64,000 nucleotides of DNA from a virus (IMGVR_UViG_3300036453_000040), one strand, 5' to 3'; numbered from the stretch's first letter, positions 1 to 10,291 are shown. The notes: generated by a model not told the origin, from the sequence alone. Translations and numbers: made by a program.

Positions 1-119
1 TTGGCAATGATCGGTACCTCATTGGTCTAAACTGGGCTGAAAAACGACGGTTCTTCAACCCAGAATATCTTCAAGAGCTTATCACCAATAGCTAACTTTT
101 GATAGCTAGCTATTTATTA

Positions 120-167
120 GAGCTTCAGTTAAAGATCTATGTATTCTTTAACTGAAGCTCATTTTTG
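120..167 (+). terminator. Rho-independent terminator-like hairpin (15-bp stem) followed by a T-run
   Basis: Inverted repeat gagcttcagttaaag / ctttaactgaagctc followed by atttttg. Confidence 0.4.
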
Positions 168-222
168 TAAACAATTCAACTTGTAAGCCATAATGGCGCA
201 CATTATATTTAAACATCCAAAA

Positions 223-300
223 AAGTCCCGTGATCTACAATACTTTAACTCTAGCGCTTGTCTAGATGCAAAGTATTGTAGATCACGGGACTTTCATTTT
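223..300. terminator. Bidirectional terminator hairpin with a perfect 24-bp stem
   Basis: aagtcccgtgatctacaatacttt at 223-246 pairs with aaagtattgtagatcacgggactt at 270-293. There are A/T runs on both sides. It lies just downstream of the minus-strand gene ending at 303. Confidence 0.5.
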
Positions 301-302
301 AA

Positions 303-971
303 CTAAAAGTTAAGGTAACTAGTTCGTTCAAACACTAAGTGAGTTTGAATAAAACTGGGTCGAAGTTTTCCATTGGTATCTTGAAATGGTATAGCGTCAG
401 GAAAATCATTCCATGCTTTGAAGGATCGTTCAATCAGCATATGGAGAACATCACTAGGACTCTCATCAAAATCGAAAGACTGGAACAGCGTAACAGGAGT
501 TCCTAGTTCTTTACCATGCCAAGTCCACCTGCTAATAGATAAGCGGCGCATAGCTTGGTCATCTGGTTCTACGTCTACGAATCCTATCGTATCACTGTAA
601 CCCCAACCTCTATCCATTAACTCAAGATAAGCAGAGTAAGAAGAAAGGGAGGAATCTATAGGAGCTACAGGAGATGATTCAGTTTTTTTAGTGTTATTTT
701 CATTGTTATGCGTTTTTCGAAGAGTTATATCACAATCATAGTCACCATGCAAAGATTTTGCTAAAGTTGAGATCTCACCACAGGATTGTTCGATCTGATC
801 TAACGTATCAACATGTGCTGCTGCCTTAAACGTATGTGAGTTTTTATAAAAAGTTGCGTCAAAACGATGCCCTATATAAAACCCCGTCTCGACCATGATT
901 GAAGATACTTCACTGGAAAATCCATCTTCGCAGAGAGTTCTCCGTGCTTTTTCTATGCCAGTAAAATTCAT
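303..971 (-). CDS. hypothetical protein
   Basis: 222-aa ORF. No motif recognised. A terminator hairpin follows it. Confidence 0.5.
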   Translation of the reverse strand: MNFTGIEKARRTLCEDGFSSEVSSIMVETGFYIGHRFDATFYKNSHTFKAAAHVDTLDQIEQSCGEISTLAKSLHGDYDCDITLRKTHNNENNTKKTESSPVAPIDSSLSSYSAYLELMDRGWGYSDTIGFVDVEPDDQAMRRLSISRWTWHGKELGTPVTLFQSFDFDESPSDVLHMLIERSFKAWNDFPDAIPFQDTNGKLRPSFIQTHLVFERTSYLNF

Positions 972-1162
972 TCTATGCGACTTACTTTCTTCAGGTATTA
1001 GGTTAACTATCGGTACATTATATTTAGGTTATAGGATGCACGTTATCTGGGTGTGCTCACAGTGATAGCGCTTTCTAAGGCGTTATGTACGCCTTAGGCG
1101 CACAGGTAAGCGTAATGCCTCTGCAAGGCCTTAGGCGGCGCTACAGAGGCATTACAGAGGGT

Positions 1163-1735
1163 CTAGAAGGATACAGCTGGTGGAACTTGCAAAGCTGGAA
1201 GGTCCTCTACCTCGAAAAATTCTGCTGACTTAAAAGAAAAAGATTTAGCAACTATATTAGAGGGAAACTGTTGTGTTTTAGTATTGTAATCGCGTACAGA
1301 ACCGTTATAGAACCTACGAGAAGCCATGATCTTGTCTTCGGTATCCGTAAGGTCAGCCTGCAACTGTAGGAAGTTCGCACTAGCTTGTAGAACAGGGTAA
1401 TCTTCCGCTACGGCAAACAAAGACTTTAGCGCGCCGTGCATTTCTCCTTCTGCTCGACCGACAGCGGCAGGACCAGAATCAGCTTGGTTAATGGTGTTAG
1501 CACGAGCTTGTGTGACTCTCTCGAAAACACTGCTTTCATGAGTCGCATAGCCTTTAACGGTTGCAATTAAGTTAGGCAGAAGATCTGCGCGCCGCTTAAG
1601 CTGAACAGTTACACCGCTCCATGCTTCCTCCGTCTGAACGCGTGCACCAACAAGTGAGTTGTATAGCCCGACGATAAAAAATCCTACTATTAGAGCTATA
1701 ACTATTAGCACAACTAAAGTAATTACAATTTCCAT
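1163..1735 (-). CDS. lemA: LemA family membrane protein
   Basis: N-terminal TM helix, then a region typical of the LemA family (NSLV..R..V.EAWS.V..QL.RR.DL.PNL). Confidence 0.7.
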   Translation of the reverse strand: MEIVITLVVLIVIALIVGFFIVGLYNSLVGARVQTEEAWSGVTVQLKRRADLLPNLIATVKGYATHESSVFERVTQARANTINQADSGPAAVGRAEGEMHGALKSLFAVAEDYPVLQASANFLQLQADLTDTEDKIMASRRFYNGSVRDYNTKTQQFPSNIVAKSFSFKSAEFFEVEDLPALQVPPAVSF

Positions 1736-1799
1736 AAATTTCTCCTTTAATAAAAGATATCGGATTGAGTTTTAGATTCAATTATATGAGTCACGTATT

Positions 1800-2189
1800 T
1801 TAAGAAAGGCCAAGACCAGTCATATACGACGCAAAACTAGATTCAATTATCGAGTATACATAAGCAGCAGATAAGCACAACCAAACCATAGGGCTGATCA
1901 GGAGGAGAAACAACCCGAACCTTGATGTTGCTGAGTACTCTCTAACAATATCTGTGATGCACCTAACAATTGATCCAGCCCACAAGAATGTAACTCCCGC
2001 TAGAATTAGGAGCATTATTATCCCCTGCATAGAAGCAAGAACTGAGTCCTTCAACATGTCACTACTTAAGATAGCCCCTGCAAGAGGGAAAAGAAGAGGG
2101 GAGAATATACTAGCAACTGCTAGAAATATGCCCGATTGAATCCTAGTTAGTTCAATTTTATTTGTTGCGTCGATTTCGTCAGGTCTCAT
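1800..2189 (-). CDS. hypothetical integral membrane protein
   Basis: 129-aa ORF with 3-4 predicted hydrophobic helices. Confidence 0.45.
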   Translation of the reverse strand: MRPDEIDATNKIELTRIQSGIFLAVASIFSPLLFPLAGAILSSDMLKDSVLASMQGIIMLLILAGVTFLWAGSIVRCITDIVREYSATSRFGLFLLLISPMVWLCLSAAYVYSIIESSFASYMTGLGLS

Positions 2190-2210
2190 TATTTTCCTTT
2201 AGTTAGTTAC

Positions 2211-2684
2211 TTAGTTTTGGCTTCTATTATTCAAGATGGGCGGTGGAACAAGTTTTGAGCTTTTCCTCGTCAAGAAAAAGCAAACAGTAGTTGCATCTAG
2301 GGTTCTGTCTACAAAGAGATTCACGGTTATCATCTGGTTCGCAAAACTGGAAACATCAATTTTTACCCGCTCGCTAGAGTTAACAGTAAAAGGATTACAT
2401 AAAACAAGATAGCTACCCTTACAGAAAAAATCACCCTGATAAATTTGTATCAAATCATAAGACAAGCTAACTTCTTCTTCATATGCCACAAGGACAGTTA
2501 TAGAATCATGCCTTAGCACTGGAACGTCTATGTCCTCAACAAAAACTGCAATCTCGTAAGAGTTTGCATGGTAACCACTGTCGATGTTAACATTGCCCCA
2601 GTTAAGATACTCATCCTTCTCAAGTGAAAGGTTTTTGAGATAAATTTGGTTATATTCAGGTTGAACTCTATGTTTAACTAGCAT
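2211..2684 (-). CDS. hypothetical protein
   Basis: ORF trimmed to an internal Met (MLVKHRV) preceded by AAGG. A longer start would overlap the upstream gene by 70 nt. Confidence 0.4.
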   Translation of the reverse strand: MLVKHRVQPEYNQIYLKNLSLEKDEYLNWGNVNIDSGYHANSYEIAVFVEDIDVPVLRHDSITVLVAYEEEVSLSYDLIQIYQGDFFCKGSYLVLCNPFTVNSSERVKIDVSSFANQMITVNLFVDRTLDATTVCFFLTRKSSKLVPPPILNNRSQN

Positions 2685-3528
2685 TATGGTTTTCAACCTT
2701 TTCAATTCGAAACAAGTTACTTTCGGTAATTTTGTTTTCTTCAAAAAAGCGTTTCAAATCAGCACCAAAACGAATATAATCAAGCAAGGAAGTATCACTT
2801 ATTATGGGATCAATGTCCCAACCCGTAATTCCACGTGGCGGGTACGTCTCAAGGACTCTTCTTCTTCGAGCTATTAGTCTATCTTCACCTGTCGCTCGTT
2901 GAGTTAGCCTGCGAAGAATATAAAGCTTGGCAAACTCATAACTATCAAACTTTAGATTATTCATGTCAGAATAACGGTCAGATGTTTTAAGTAGGTTCAG
3001 TATCTTACTATAAGGAAAATTACGAGGTTTCTCGTTTTTATCGAAAAAAGAAATAGTAGCTAAAACAAGTCGAGCTTCAATATCCGTCAACGACTTTTTT
3101 TCTAATAACTCATGGTTATTCGTACTTGAACCAATAACCATGGGATTATACTGAGACATTTTGCCACGAAATTTGTGCCCTTCTAACGCACAAATCTCAA
3201 CTAGCTTCACATAGTAGTCATTCTCGATATTCATGAGTGCCACTTGTGCAACCACAGAGAAAGAAGTCAACGGGGAACGAAGAACTGAGTCAATACCTTT
3301 TATGAGTTGATCTTTAGGTACATGTGATCGTGGGAAAAGAAACATTAGCAGCTGAATCTCATCCGCTGTTAATCGACCTTTCGTTGTTTTGATTGCTTCA
3401 ACCTTGTCATTAATCAAAAGACTAAGAAGATTTATTTCTTTTTGGTCGTAAAAGTCATCGCTCGCATGCTTAACAACAAGCTTATGCAGAGCGTAAACTT
3501 CTGCTCGAACTTTTTCGTTCTTTTTCAC
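2674..3528 (-). CDS. hypothetical protein
   Basis: 284-aa ORF. No motif recognised. Confidence 0.5.
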   Translation of the reverse strand: MKKNEKVRAEVYALHKLVVKHASDDFYDQKEINLLSLLINDKVEAIKTTKGRLTADEIQLLMFLFPRSHVPKDQLIKGIDSVLRSPLTSFSVVAQVALMNIENDYYVKLVEICALEGHKFRGKMSQYNPMVIGSSTNNHELLEKKSLTDIEARLVLATISFFDKNEKPRNFPYSKILNLLKTSDRYSDMNNLKFDSYEFAKLYILRRLTQRATGEDRLIARRRRVLETYPPRGITGWDIDPIISDTSLLDYIRFGADLKRFFEENKITESNLFRIEKVENHNAS

Positions 3529-3665
3529 AAACCAATCCTACTCCAAGATCCCTTTAACTTATATCGGATGGGGGACAAAAATAACTCGTTAATACCTCTA
3601 AGTTTTTACAACTAGAGGTATTAACGAGTTATTTTCATGAAATAGTCATCAACTGATGCGAAAAG

Positions 3666-4742
3666 CTAGGACCATTCTTTCTTGAACTTTTTTTCGCCTT
3701 TTTCTGCAATGAGAGCAAGCTGTTCCTGCTCGGTACGTCCATACTTGTGAGCTAAAGCTGATATTAGCGTATCAAAGTTACGTTGCTTCATGGCATTACG
3801 ATCAGGGTTATTGTTGTAACCATTATAACGTCCAGCATCAACAGCTTTCTTCTCTGAATAAAGGCTTGTAGCTTCAATCTCCGCCGTACGAGCAGACTTA
3901 ATAACGCTATTGTAAGTATCCTCAAGCCTAAGAGGCTCACCATCTGGAGTGAAAATGCTTTTAACAGCATCTTTCTGCGCTTTAACAGCAGCAGCAGCTT
4001 CCTTCTCAATACGAGCGGCTTTGCGTTCAGGTAGCTCAATGCGAGTCTTACGCTTAAGCACATCTATAGGTGCGGACGGGTAGCATACAGTGCAGGCAGA
4101 TTCTCCAGCGTCGTCAACAATCTTAGATTCATCCGAACCTGAATACTGAGGTAGCCAAGCATGACGTGTTGTAGGATAAGTAGTGGAACACGATGTACGA
4201 CTATGAACGTGGCCATTAGTGTTTTCTACTAAGAAAGCCCTCGTCCATCTACCACGCCGTACATATTCATCTTCAAACGGGACAGCTTTATCAAGTATAG
4301 CGGCTGCTTCAGCTTCAAGAATAACCTTAGCAGCTTGTTGCCTATCGAATCCTTCTTGATTTTGCTTTTTATAATAATCGTTATCACGATAGAAGCGGTC
4401 CTTAGGGTCCATGCGTTTCTCGTAATTTTTCATCATATTATCAACTCGATCAACCTCATTAATTTTGCGGTAATACTCGCCATAAATCTCTGCAAGTTGT
4501 TGATCAACCTCAACTGGTGTTTCATTTGCATGAGGGTGCAATAAGGGTTTGTCAGACATAGAATCTAGTTTTTCAGTGAGCGCCTCAGGAGTAAACGCAT
4601 TTGACTTGTCAAGAGCTTCATACTCTTTACGAAGTTTTAAATATCCCTTCACATCTCCATTTTTTTGAAGCAAAAGATACGCAGCACGCATTTCGTTTCG
4701 TGAGCAAAATTTTCCGAGTCCATCATGATAAGGATTAGCCAT
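3666..4742 (-). CDS. hypothetical protein with a coiled-coil N-half and a Cys/His cluster
   Basis: 358-aa ORF. Segment GHVHSRTSCSTTYPTTRHAW...CTVCYP suggests a metal-binding site. Confidence 0.5.
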   Translation of the reverse strand: MANPYHDGLGKFCSRNEMRAAYLLLQKNGDVKGYLKLRKEYEALDKSNAFTPEALTEKLDSMSDKPLLHPHANETPVEVDQQLAEIYGEYYRKINEVDRVDNMMKNYEKRMDPKDRFYRDNDYYKKQNQEGFDRQQAAKVILEAEAAAILDKAVPFEDEYVRRGRWTRAFLVENTNGHVHSRTSCSTTYPTTRHAWLPQYSGSDESKIVDDAGESACTVCYPSAPIDVLKRKTRIELPERKAARIEKEAAAAVKAQKDAVKSIFTPDGEPLRLEDTYNSVIKSARTAEIEATSLYSEKKAVDAGRYNGYNNNPDRNAMKQRNFDTLISALAHKYGRTEQEQLALIAEKGEKKFKKEWS

Positions 4743-4933
4743 AAAATATATCTAACAAGGCGGCGTTCCACAGATTCAGTTACCATACCCCCAAAAAGCC
4801 CTGTAAGGCCATATAACGCTCCCTATATGGCACTCGAATGTCTGGGCGTAGACGGCCTAGAAACCTTCACAGCGGCTTCCTCGCCTTTATGAGCATGCAA
4901 CCAGTCGTTAAACACAAACGTTAGCCATGTTAC

Positions 4934-5341
4934 CTATTTGCGAGATGTTAAATGCCAACTATTACATGTTGAACAATGATAAGCTCTCGCTTCGTTACGG
5001 CCTTTCTTATGCTTATGCGTGATATGAAGTAACGCTTGAAACGCTTCAGCTTCGCTAAAGTACTCGACCTTACCGCAAGTACCTGCTGCATTGTCAGTAC
5101 TGCCATGGCCATGTGAATGAGTTGCCTGACTTGTAATTTTATCGCCTATTTTCTTGCAAAGCAAACACGTGTTCATTTTATTAGCAGAAGCAGGCAACTC
5201 GCTGGAACCACCTTCCCATCCTCTTTGATGGGCTAGAACCATATTACAAGCGCTAATCTTGCCCTTACGTGAAAAATAGTGCCAGTCCTTGTTACCATAA
5301 GTAATGAAACCGTCTTTAATCCATTTTCCAGTAGTCAACAT
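4934..5341 (-). CDS. hypothetical Cys/His-rich (zinc-binding-like) protein
   Basis: 135-aa ORF with CxxC-like pairs (CLLCKK, HCSTCNSWH). Confidence 0.45.
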   Translation of the reverse strand: MLTTGKWIKDGFITYGNKDWHYFSRKGKISACNMVLAHQRGWEGGSSELPASANKMNTCLLCKKIGDKITSQATHSHGHGSTDNAAGTCGKVEYFSEAEAFQALLHITHKHKKGRNEARAYHCSTCNSWHLTSRK

Positions 5342-5553
5342 GGCTAGCTCCTCTCGTAGATAGTTAAGTCACTCATATAGCTTATTAGTTTTAACTATAT
5401 CAGATGAATAGGTTAACTGCAAATGAAAGCGTCCATCTCGTATATTTACAATCCTACGCCTTGCGTTCTTCCCAAGCAATATTTTTATTGAACTCGTACT
5501 CTACAACGAGAATCAATATTAAGCTATCGTTCCTGTGTTCTCGATCTGAAGCA

Positions 5554-5562
5554 TGGTATAAT
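5554..5562 (+). promoter_or_regulatory. Extended -10 element (TGgTATAAT) 5 nt upstream of the ATG at 5568. The transcript is probably leaderless
   Basis: catggtataatcaagtATG. Confidence 0.4.
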
Positions 5563-5567
5563 CAAGT

Positions 5568-6164
5568 ATGATTGAACCAACAAATATAATCGTTTCATGC
5601 CTAAAAAATGAACAAGGGCAAGTATACCTCCCCGTACGCAAGGTTGATGGGCAAGTTGAATACCTCAAAGTGTTAGTCGAAGGAAGTAACATACAGCTCC
5701 TATCAGATACGCTGAAGAGCAGCATCAAAGAAGATAAGCTGCCATTAGAAAGCAAGCAAGGGCGTTCTCACTCTAAGATAACTCGTAAAGAATTTGAAGA
5801 TAAGAAAATAGAGTACCTTTTTCGTATGGGCTATGTTGGCAAACATCTTGTAGCTGGTGTGTTACATCATGGTTCAGTTAAAACTATCAATGTAGAAATA
5901 TCCCCAAGCGCAAGCTTAAACAGCACGCTCTTATCTTATATTGATACAACTAACCCAGATAACCTTATAACCTATTCAAACCTTGATCATGTCCTCGCTG
6001 AGTATACATTCTCTACCCCTCCATATTCCACCTACGAGCGTTTTAAATCAGTGGAAACAAACATGTCTCTTGCCGAGCTTGCAGAAGTAAACATGCCAGC
6101 AATTGAAGCCAAGCTAAACCAAGAGGGAATTTATGTTATTGACCCACTTAACATCTTGATCTAG
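5568..6164 (+). CDS. hypothetical protein
   Basis: 198-aa ORF immediately after an extended -10 element. Confidence 0.5.
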   Translation: MIEPTNIIVSCLKNEQGQVYLPVRKVDGQVEYLKVLVEGSNIQLLSDTLKSSIKEDKLPLESKQGRSHSKITRKEFEDKKIEYLFRMGYVGKHLVAGVLHHGSVKTINVEISPSASLNSTLLSYIDTTNPDNLITYSNLDHVLAEYTFSTPPYSTYERFKSVETNMSLAELAEVNMPAIEAKLNQEGIYVIDPLNILI

Positions 6165-6189
6165 CTAACGCTATACAGTTACTTAAAAT

Positions 6190-6567
6190 TTAACCTAAAG
6201 TTACAAGAAGTTTCAGCTTCCAAGAAAGCGGTAGGTCAGCTACTTCAACAAGGTTGCAACCATTTTCCGCAAGAGCTTTGTTAACGCGACCTTCTAGCAC
6301 GGTAGGCATTGCCCATTTTAACGTAGTTCGCCCTAGGTCTATGTTATGTTCAAGCAACCATTTAGCGCATGCTATAACAGGAGTTGAAGAGTTAGAAGCC
6401 GCAGCTTTACGTACGGTAGCATTACCATGATTAAGCGTTAAATCTTCAAGTACAGCGGGGCTAGTCGCTGGAGAAAGTGCACGCCACATAGGCTCCACGG
6501 TCGCAGACACATCTGAGCCAAAAAGAGAAAAAGTTTTTAACTCTTCATACATTGTTGACGGGTTCAT
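6190..6567 (-). CDS. Short or truncated member of the tandem-array family. It has an LRV/HEAT-like repeat and the C-terminal DLPLSWKLK tail
   Basis: Ends ...VADLPLSWKLKLLVTLG. Contains the ATSPAVLEDL...VRKAAASNSSTP repeat pattern. Confidence 0.5.
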   Translation of the reverse strand: MNPSTMYEELKTFSLFGSDVSATVEPMWRALSPATSPAVLEDLTLNHGNATVRKAAASNSSTPVIACAKWLLEHNIDLGRTTLKWAMPTVLEGRVNKALAENGCNLVEVADLPLSWKLKLLVTLG

Positions 6568-6702
6568 TTCATGGCTTCCTAACTGCTACTTAATATGTTT
6601 GCTATCCTTCCCATTATACACAAGAAGCATGATAGTTGCAACTTCATGAAGTTAGCAAGTGAATCTTGTTATTCCGCTATATTCTTTTTTCGTTTCTAGT
6701 AC

Positions 6703-7497
6703 TCACTCTACTATTGCCTTGAGCTTCCACATTAAAGGCAGATCCTTCCAAGGTCCCTCACCAAAAACAGTATTTATATACTGATCAAGACGTGGCTCAA
6801 AATTTTGCAAACTGGAAGGTGACCACTTATGAAAGTCAATAGTCGCCAACAAATAGGCAGCAGCCAACGGGACAGGATATTGCGGGTTGTCATATACCGC
6901 AGAGCTAAAATCTACTTTTGAATTTTTCAGGAATGTTATAACTTCAGTTAAGAGAGAAGTAGAGGCATTGATATTTTGACAAATTCCTTCAAAATCTTCA
7001 AGGTCTTCTACCAAAGTGATATCCATTGAGTTCACATCGTAACGAGCATCAGCAAAAATTATCATATGAAAAAGTCTTTTCTCGTATAATTCTGCTCTTT
7101 CTCTAAATTCTTCGGTACCTACTAGAGGGCTTCGCAAAAGAAGAGACAAAGGCTCAGATCGAATACTACTGAAGTCCCAATCCTCTGTACAGATCAAAAG
7201 GTCAAACATCTCGATAACCGTTTTACATTTCTTGAGTTCTCTACTTGTGTTCCAAAACTTTTTCCTGACAATCTTCTGAACTTGCGCAAAAGTAAGCAAA
7301 GGGTTAAGAAACAACCAAGCAGAAGTACCATGTACTATCATATCCTCTATAATATCACTAGGCAGAGAAAAGTTCATAGCTAAAGACCTATTCAGTTCAA
7401 CAGAATCCTCAGCATAAAAGCGATGGAGAAAGCCAGCAGGAGTCAACGGATCACGCGCTGCACGTAACTTGTCCGTTTGATTAGTAGGATACTCCAT
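6703..7497 (-). CDS. Tandem-array family protein (helical-repeat N-half, conserved C-terminal GEGPWKDLPLMWKLK tail)
   Basis: Paralog of the nine upstream ORFs. Its start overlaps the stop of the 7497..8330 gene by 1 nt. Confidence 0.6.
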   Translation of the reverse strand: MEYPTNQTDKLRAARDPLTPAGFLHRFYAEDSVELNRSLAMNFSLPSDIIEDMIVHGTSAWLFLNPLLTFAQVQKIVRKKFWNTSRELKKCKTVIEMFDLLICTEDWDFSSIRSEPLSLLLRSPLVGTEEFRERAELYEKRLFHMIIFADARYDVNSMDITLVEDLEDFEGICQNINASTSLLTEVITFLKNSKVDFSSAVYDNPQYPVPLAAAYLLATIDFHKWSPSSLQNFEPRLDQYINTVFGEGPWKDLPLMWKLKAIVE

Positions 7498-8330
7498 TAC
7501 TCGGCCAGCATCCTAAGTTTCCACGAAAGAGGCAAGTCCTCCCAAGGGCCATCACCAGTAGTAAGTATTAAATGTTCATTAACTTTAGCTTCAAGTCCTA
7601 GCAAATAAGAAGGAGACCACCTATAATCGTCCAACTTCTCAAGATGATAGCTGGCAGAAAGCTCGATAGGGCAGTTCAAGTTACTTAGCCCAATTTTAGG
7701 CTCGCTGCTTCTATTAGCCTTTTTTCGAAGATGGACCAATAACTCAGGAGGAATACTAGGGTTGTGAAGCAACCCACGGCGCGCCCAAGGGTTAGGGTTC
7801 AAAAAATAAGCCCAATTACTCATATCAAGACGTGCATCTGCAAAAAACTGCTCATCATTAAGAACATGGGCATGCAACTTTACTCTAACGTTAAAGTCTT
7901 CCGCGCTAACATGAGGGTTACATAATAAAGCAGACGTAAAAACATACGACTCCTTGTATGCACCTGTTACCATTAACGCATCAAAAATCTCGATAGTAGA
8001 CTCGAACCTGTCCAGAGCGTCCAAATCAACGCTCAAGGCCGCACTCACGAGAGCTTTAACCTGCATAAGAGTAAGTTGAGGATTAAGAATCAATGTTAGG
8101 TCTAAACCGAAAACTTTAGCAGCAAGTAGCTCTTCTAAAATACCTAGAGGCAACGACGGATTAGCAGCTAGATCGCACCATACTTCGCTGTCATTAAGCT
8201 CGTAAAGTTCACGTAATAGAGCTACAGGCGTCAAAGGGTCAGTTGACGCTCTATACCATGCGTCATAGCCCGAGAATTCCTTATCCCACGTAAATTCACT
8301 CATATAAAGAAGCATACCATGTTCACTCAC
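7497..8330 (-). CDS. Tandem-array family protein
   Basis: C-terminal ...GDGPWEDLPLSWKLRMLAE. Has the DPLTPVALLRELYE and ANPSLPLGILEELL repeat motifs. Confidence 0.6.
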   Translation of the reverse strand: MSEHGMLLYMSEFTWDKEFSGYDAWYRASTDPLTPVALLRELYELNDSEVWCDLAANPSLPLGILEELLAAKVFGLDLTLILNPQLTLMQVKALVSAALSVDLDALDRFESTIEIFDALMVTGAYKESYVFTSALLCNPHVSAEDFNVRVKLHAHVLNDEQFFADARLDMSNWAYFLNPNPWARRGLLHNPSIPPELLVHLRKKANRSSEPKIGLSNLNCPIELSASYHLEKLDDYRWSPSYLLGLEAKVNEHLILTTGDGPWEDLPLSWKLRMLAE

Positions 8331-8402
8331 TAATCACAAGACAGAAAAGCGCATGACACAGTTCCCCGTTACCGTCATAAAAAGTATTTCTAAGATTAAG
8401 AG

Positions 8403-9329
8403 CTACCCAGCAATCATCTTAAGTTTCCACGAAAGAGGTAGGTCCTCCCATGGACCCTCACCAGAAATAAGCGTTAAATGCGCCTCAACTTTTGCCTCAA
8501 GCTCAAGTAAATAGGAGGGCCTCCACTTGTAGGTTTCTAAATTATCAAGATGATAACTAGCAGACAATTCAAATGGACAATTTAAATTATCGTACACCGT
8601 CCCCTTAAGATACTTAAACTCCATTATTTTATAAATAGCTTGAGCAAGAACCCCCTGATCAGTATTAGGGTTAACAATAATGCTACGCGCATGCTCAGAA
8701 TGGTAAGGGTTTCTACTATCAATGGAAGCTAAAGCAAAACTATAATCAATAGCAGTAGGGATAAAACGAGGATCACTACACGCAATCATCTGGAGAAGCA
8801 TATGTTTATAACTTCTGTCTCTTACCCTTATCATAAGATCTTCAGCACTAACCATTGGGCTGCATAGAAGGTTAGAAAAGAAAACGCGATGCTTCGCCTG
8901 CCCAGAAATAACCAAAGTATCAAAAAGCTCAATAACAGTTTTGCACTTATCTAATTCCAAAGGGTTAACCCAATGGTTCAAATTGTTAAAATGCTGAGAA
9001 ATACTGATAACCTGCTTAAAAGTCGTTAAAGGGTTAACGAAAAAATAAGAAAGAGCATTTGGATTTGAGGACGCTTGAGTATGAGCAACCCCATACTCCT
9101 TCAACCTATCAAAAAGAGCAATAAAAACACGCGGTGGCAACGAAGGATTAGTCGCAAGATCAGACAAGTGCTCAGGATAAAGACCCCAAATACCTTCTTC
9201 GCTAAAATCATCGTATAGCTTCTCCAAAAGAGCAGGAGGAGAAAGGGGGTCACGAGAAGCATATTCTCGCTCTTCACTCTTTTTAGGCATAGCAAACGTA
9301 TCAACTACTGCCTGTTCCATCATGCTCAT
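8403..9329 (-). CDS. Tandem-array family protein
   Basis: C-terminal ...GEGPWEDLPLSWKLKMIAG. Extended -10-like element ends 6 nt upstream of the ATG. Confidence 0.65.
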   Translation of the reverse strand: MSMMEQAVVDTFAMPKKSEEREYASRDPLSPPALLEKLYDDFSEEGIWGLYPEHLSDLATNPSLPPRVFIALFDRLKEYGVAHTQASSNPNALSYFFVNPLTTFKQVISISQHFNNLNHWVNPLELDKCKTVIELFDTLVISGQAKHRVFFSNLLCSPMVSAEDLMIRVRDRSYKHMLLQMIACSDPRFIPTAIDYSFALASIDSRNPYHSEHARSIIVNPNTDQGVLAQAIYKIMEFKYLKGTVYDNLNCPFELSASYHLDNLETYKWRPSYLLELEAKVEAHLTLISGEGPWEDLPLSWKLKMIAG

Positions 9330-9335
9330 AAAGTT

Positions 9336-9344
9336 ATCATACCA
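9336..9344 (-). promoter_or_regulatory. Extended -10-like element (TGgTATGAT) ending 6 nt upstream of the ATG of the 8403..9329 array gene
   Basis: Coding-strand sequence CATGGTATGATAACTTT-ATG. Confidence 0.4.
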
Positions 9345-9361
9345 TGTAGGCTGAGAATAAG

Positions 9362-10291
9362 CTACTCAGCAATTATCTTAAGCTTCCACGATAGAGGCAA
9401 ATCCTCCCATGGACCCTCACCAGAAATAAGCGTTAAATGTTCATTAACTTTAGCTTCAAGTCCTAGCAAATAGGAAGGCCTCCACTTATAGTTTTCCATA
9501 TTGTCAACATGGAAAACTGCTGATAACTCAAATGGACAATTTAAGTTGGCATAAGCAAGTTCTCTAGCTTTTGAATATCCTCCAGCGGCACCAACAATTT
9601 TTGCCAAAAAAACAGGATTAGCATGAGGGTTTGCAGTTATTGCTGACGCATGCCCAAAACTAGAAGAATCTGTATTATTTATAAAGCTTAAAGCGAAAAA
9701 ATAATCAGACGCATTAGGAACAAACCGAGGGTCAGAACATAGAAGAGCATAAGCAAGTTTCTCTTTAAGTTCAATGTTTCTAACCCTCAGCGTAAATTCT
9801 TTAGAAGTAACCATCGGGCTGCGCAAAAGGTTAGAAAAGAAGCCACGATCACTTTCTTTTGCAAAAATAATGAGATTATCAAAAATTTCTATAACCGTCT
9901 TGCATGTTTTTATCTTCTCCGAGCTAACATTCTGCTGAATCTCGTTAGCTCGGATGACAATACTTAGAACCTGCTCGAAAGTCACTAAAGGATTCAAAAA
10001 AAGGCAAGAAAGAGCATACAGTTTTGAATCTTGACTAGGTATCAAAGATTCATACTCCATCAGCTTAACAAAAAGTGCAGAGAACACATCGGGAGATAAG
10101 GAAGGATTACGGGCAAGGTCAGACAAATTATAGAGGTAACTATTCGGACGACGAACCTCATCAAAATCATCAAAATAAAGCCGAGACAAAAGATCAGGAG
10201 AGGACAAAGGATCACGAGCAGCGAACGTTCGATCATTTGAATTTATAGGCATAGTAATCGTATCAACTGCCGTCTGTTCCAGTATACTCAT
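9362..10291 (-). CDS. Tandem-array family protein
   Basis: C-terminal ...GEGPWEDLPLSWKLKIIAE. Confidence 0.65.
   Translation of the reverse strand: MSILEQTAVDTITMPINSNDRTFAARDPLSSPDLLSRLYFDDFDEVRRPNSYLYNLSDLARNPSLSPDVFSALFVKLMEYESLIPSQDSKLYALSCLFLNPLVTFEQVLSIVIRANEIQQNVSSEKIKTCKTVIEIFDNLIIFAKESDRGFFSNLLRSPMVTSKEFTLRVRNIELKEKLAYALLCSDPRFVPNASDYFFALSFINNTDSSSFGHASAITANPHANPVFLAKIVGAAGGYSKARELAYANLNCPFELSAVFHVDNMENYKWRPSYLLGLEAKVNEHLTLISGEGPWEDLPLSWKLKIIAE

Noticed and set aside
2685-2744. The longer start (MKKTKLPK) for the 2211 gene
   Set aside because: It would overlap the upstream gene by 70 nt and lacks a ribosome-binding site. An internal Met with AAGG upstream was chosen instead.
3788-4544. 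Embedded ORFs 3788-4063 (minus strand) and 4335-4544 (plus strand) within the 3666-4742 gene
   Set aside because: Both are low-complexity, lie entirely inside a longer ORF, and lack start signals.
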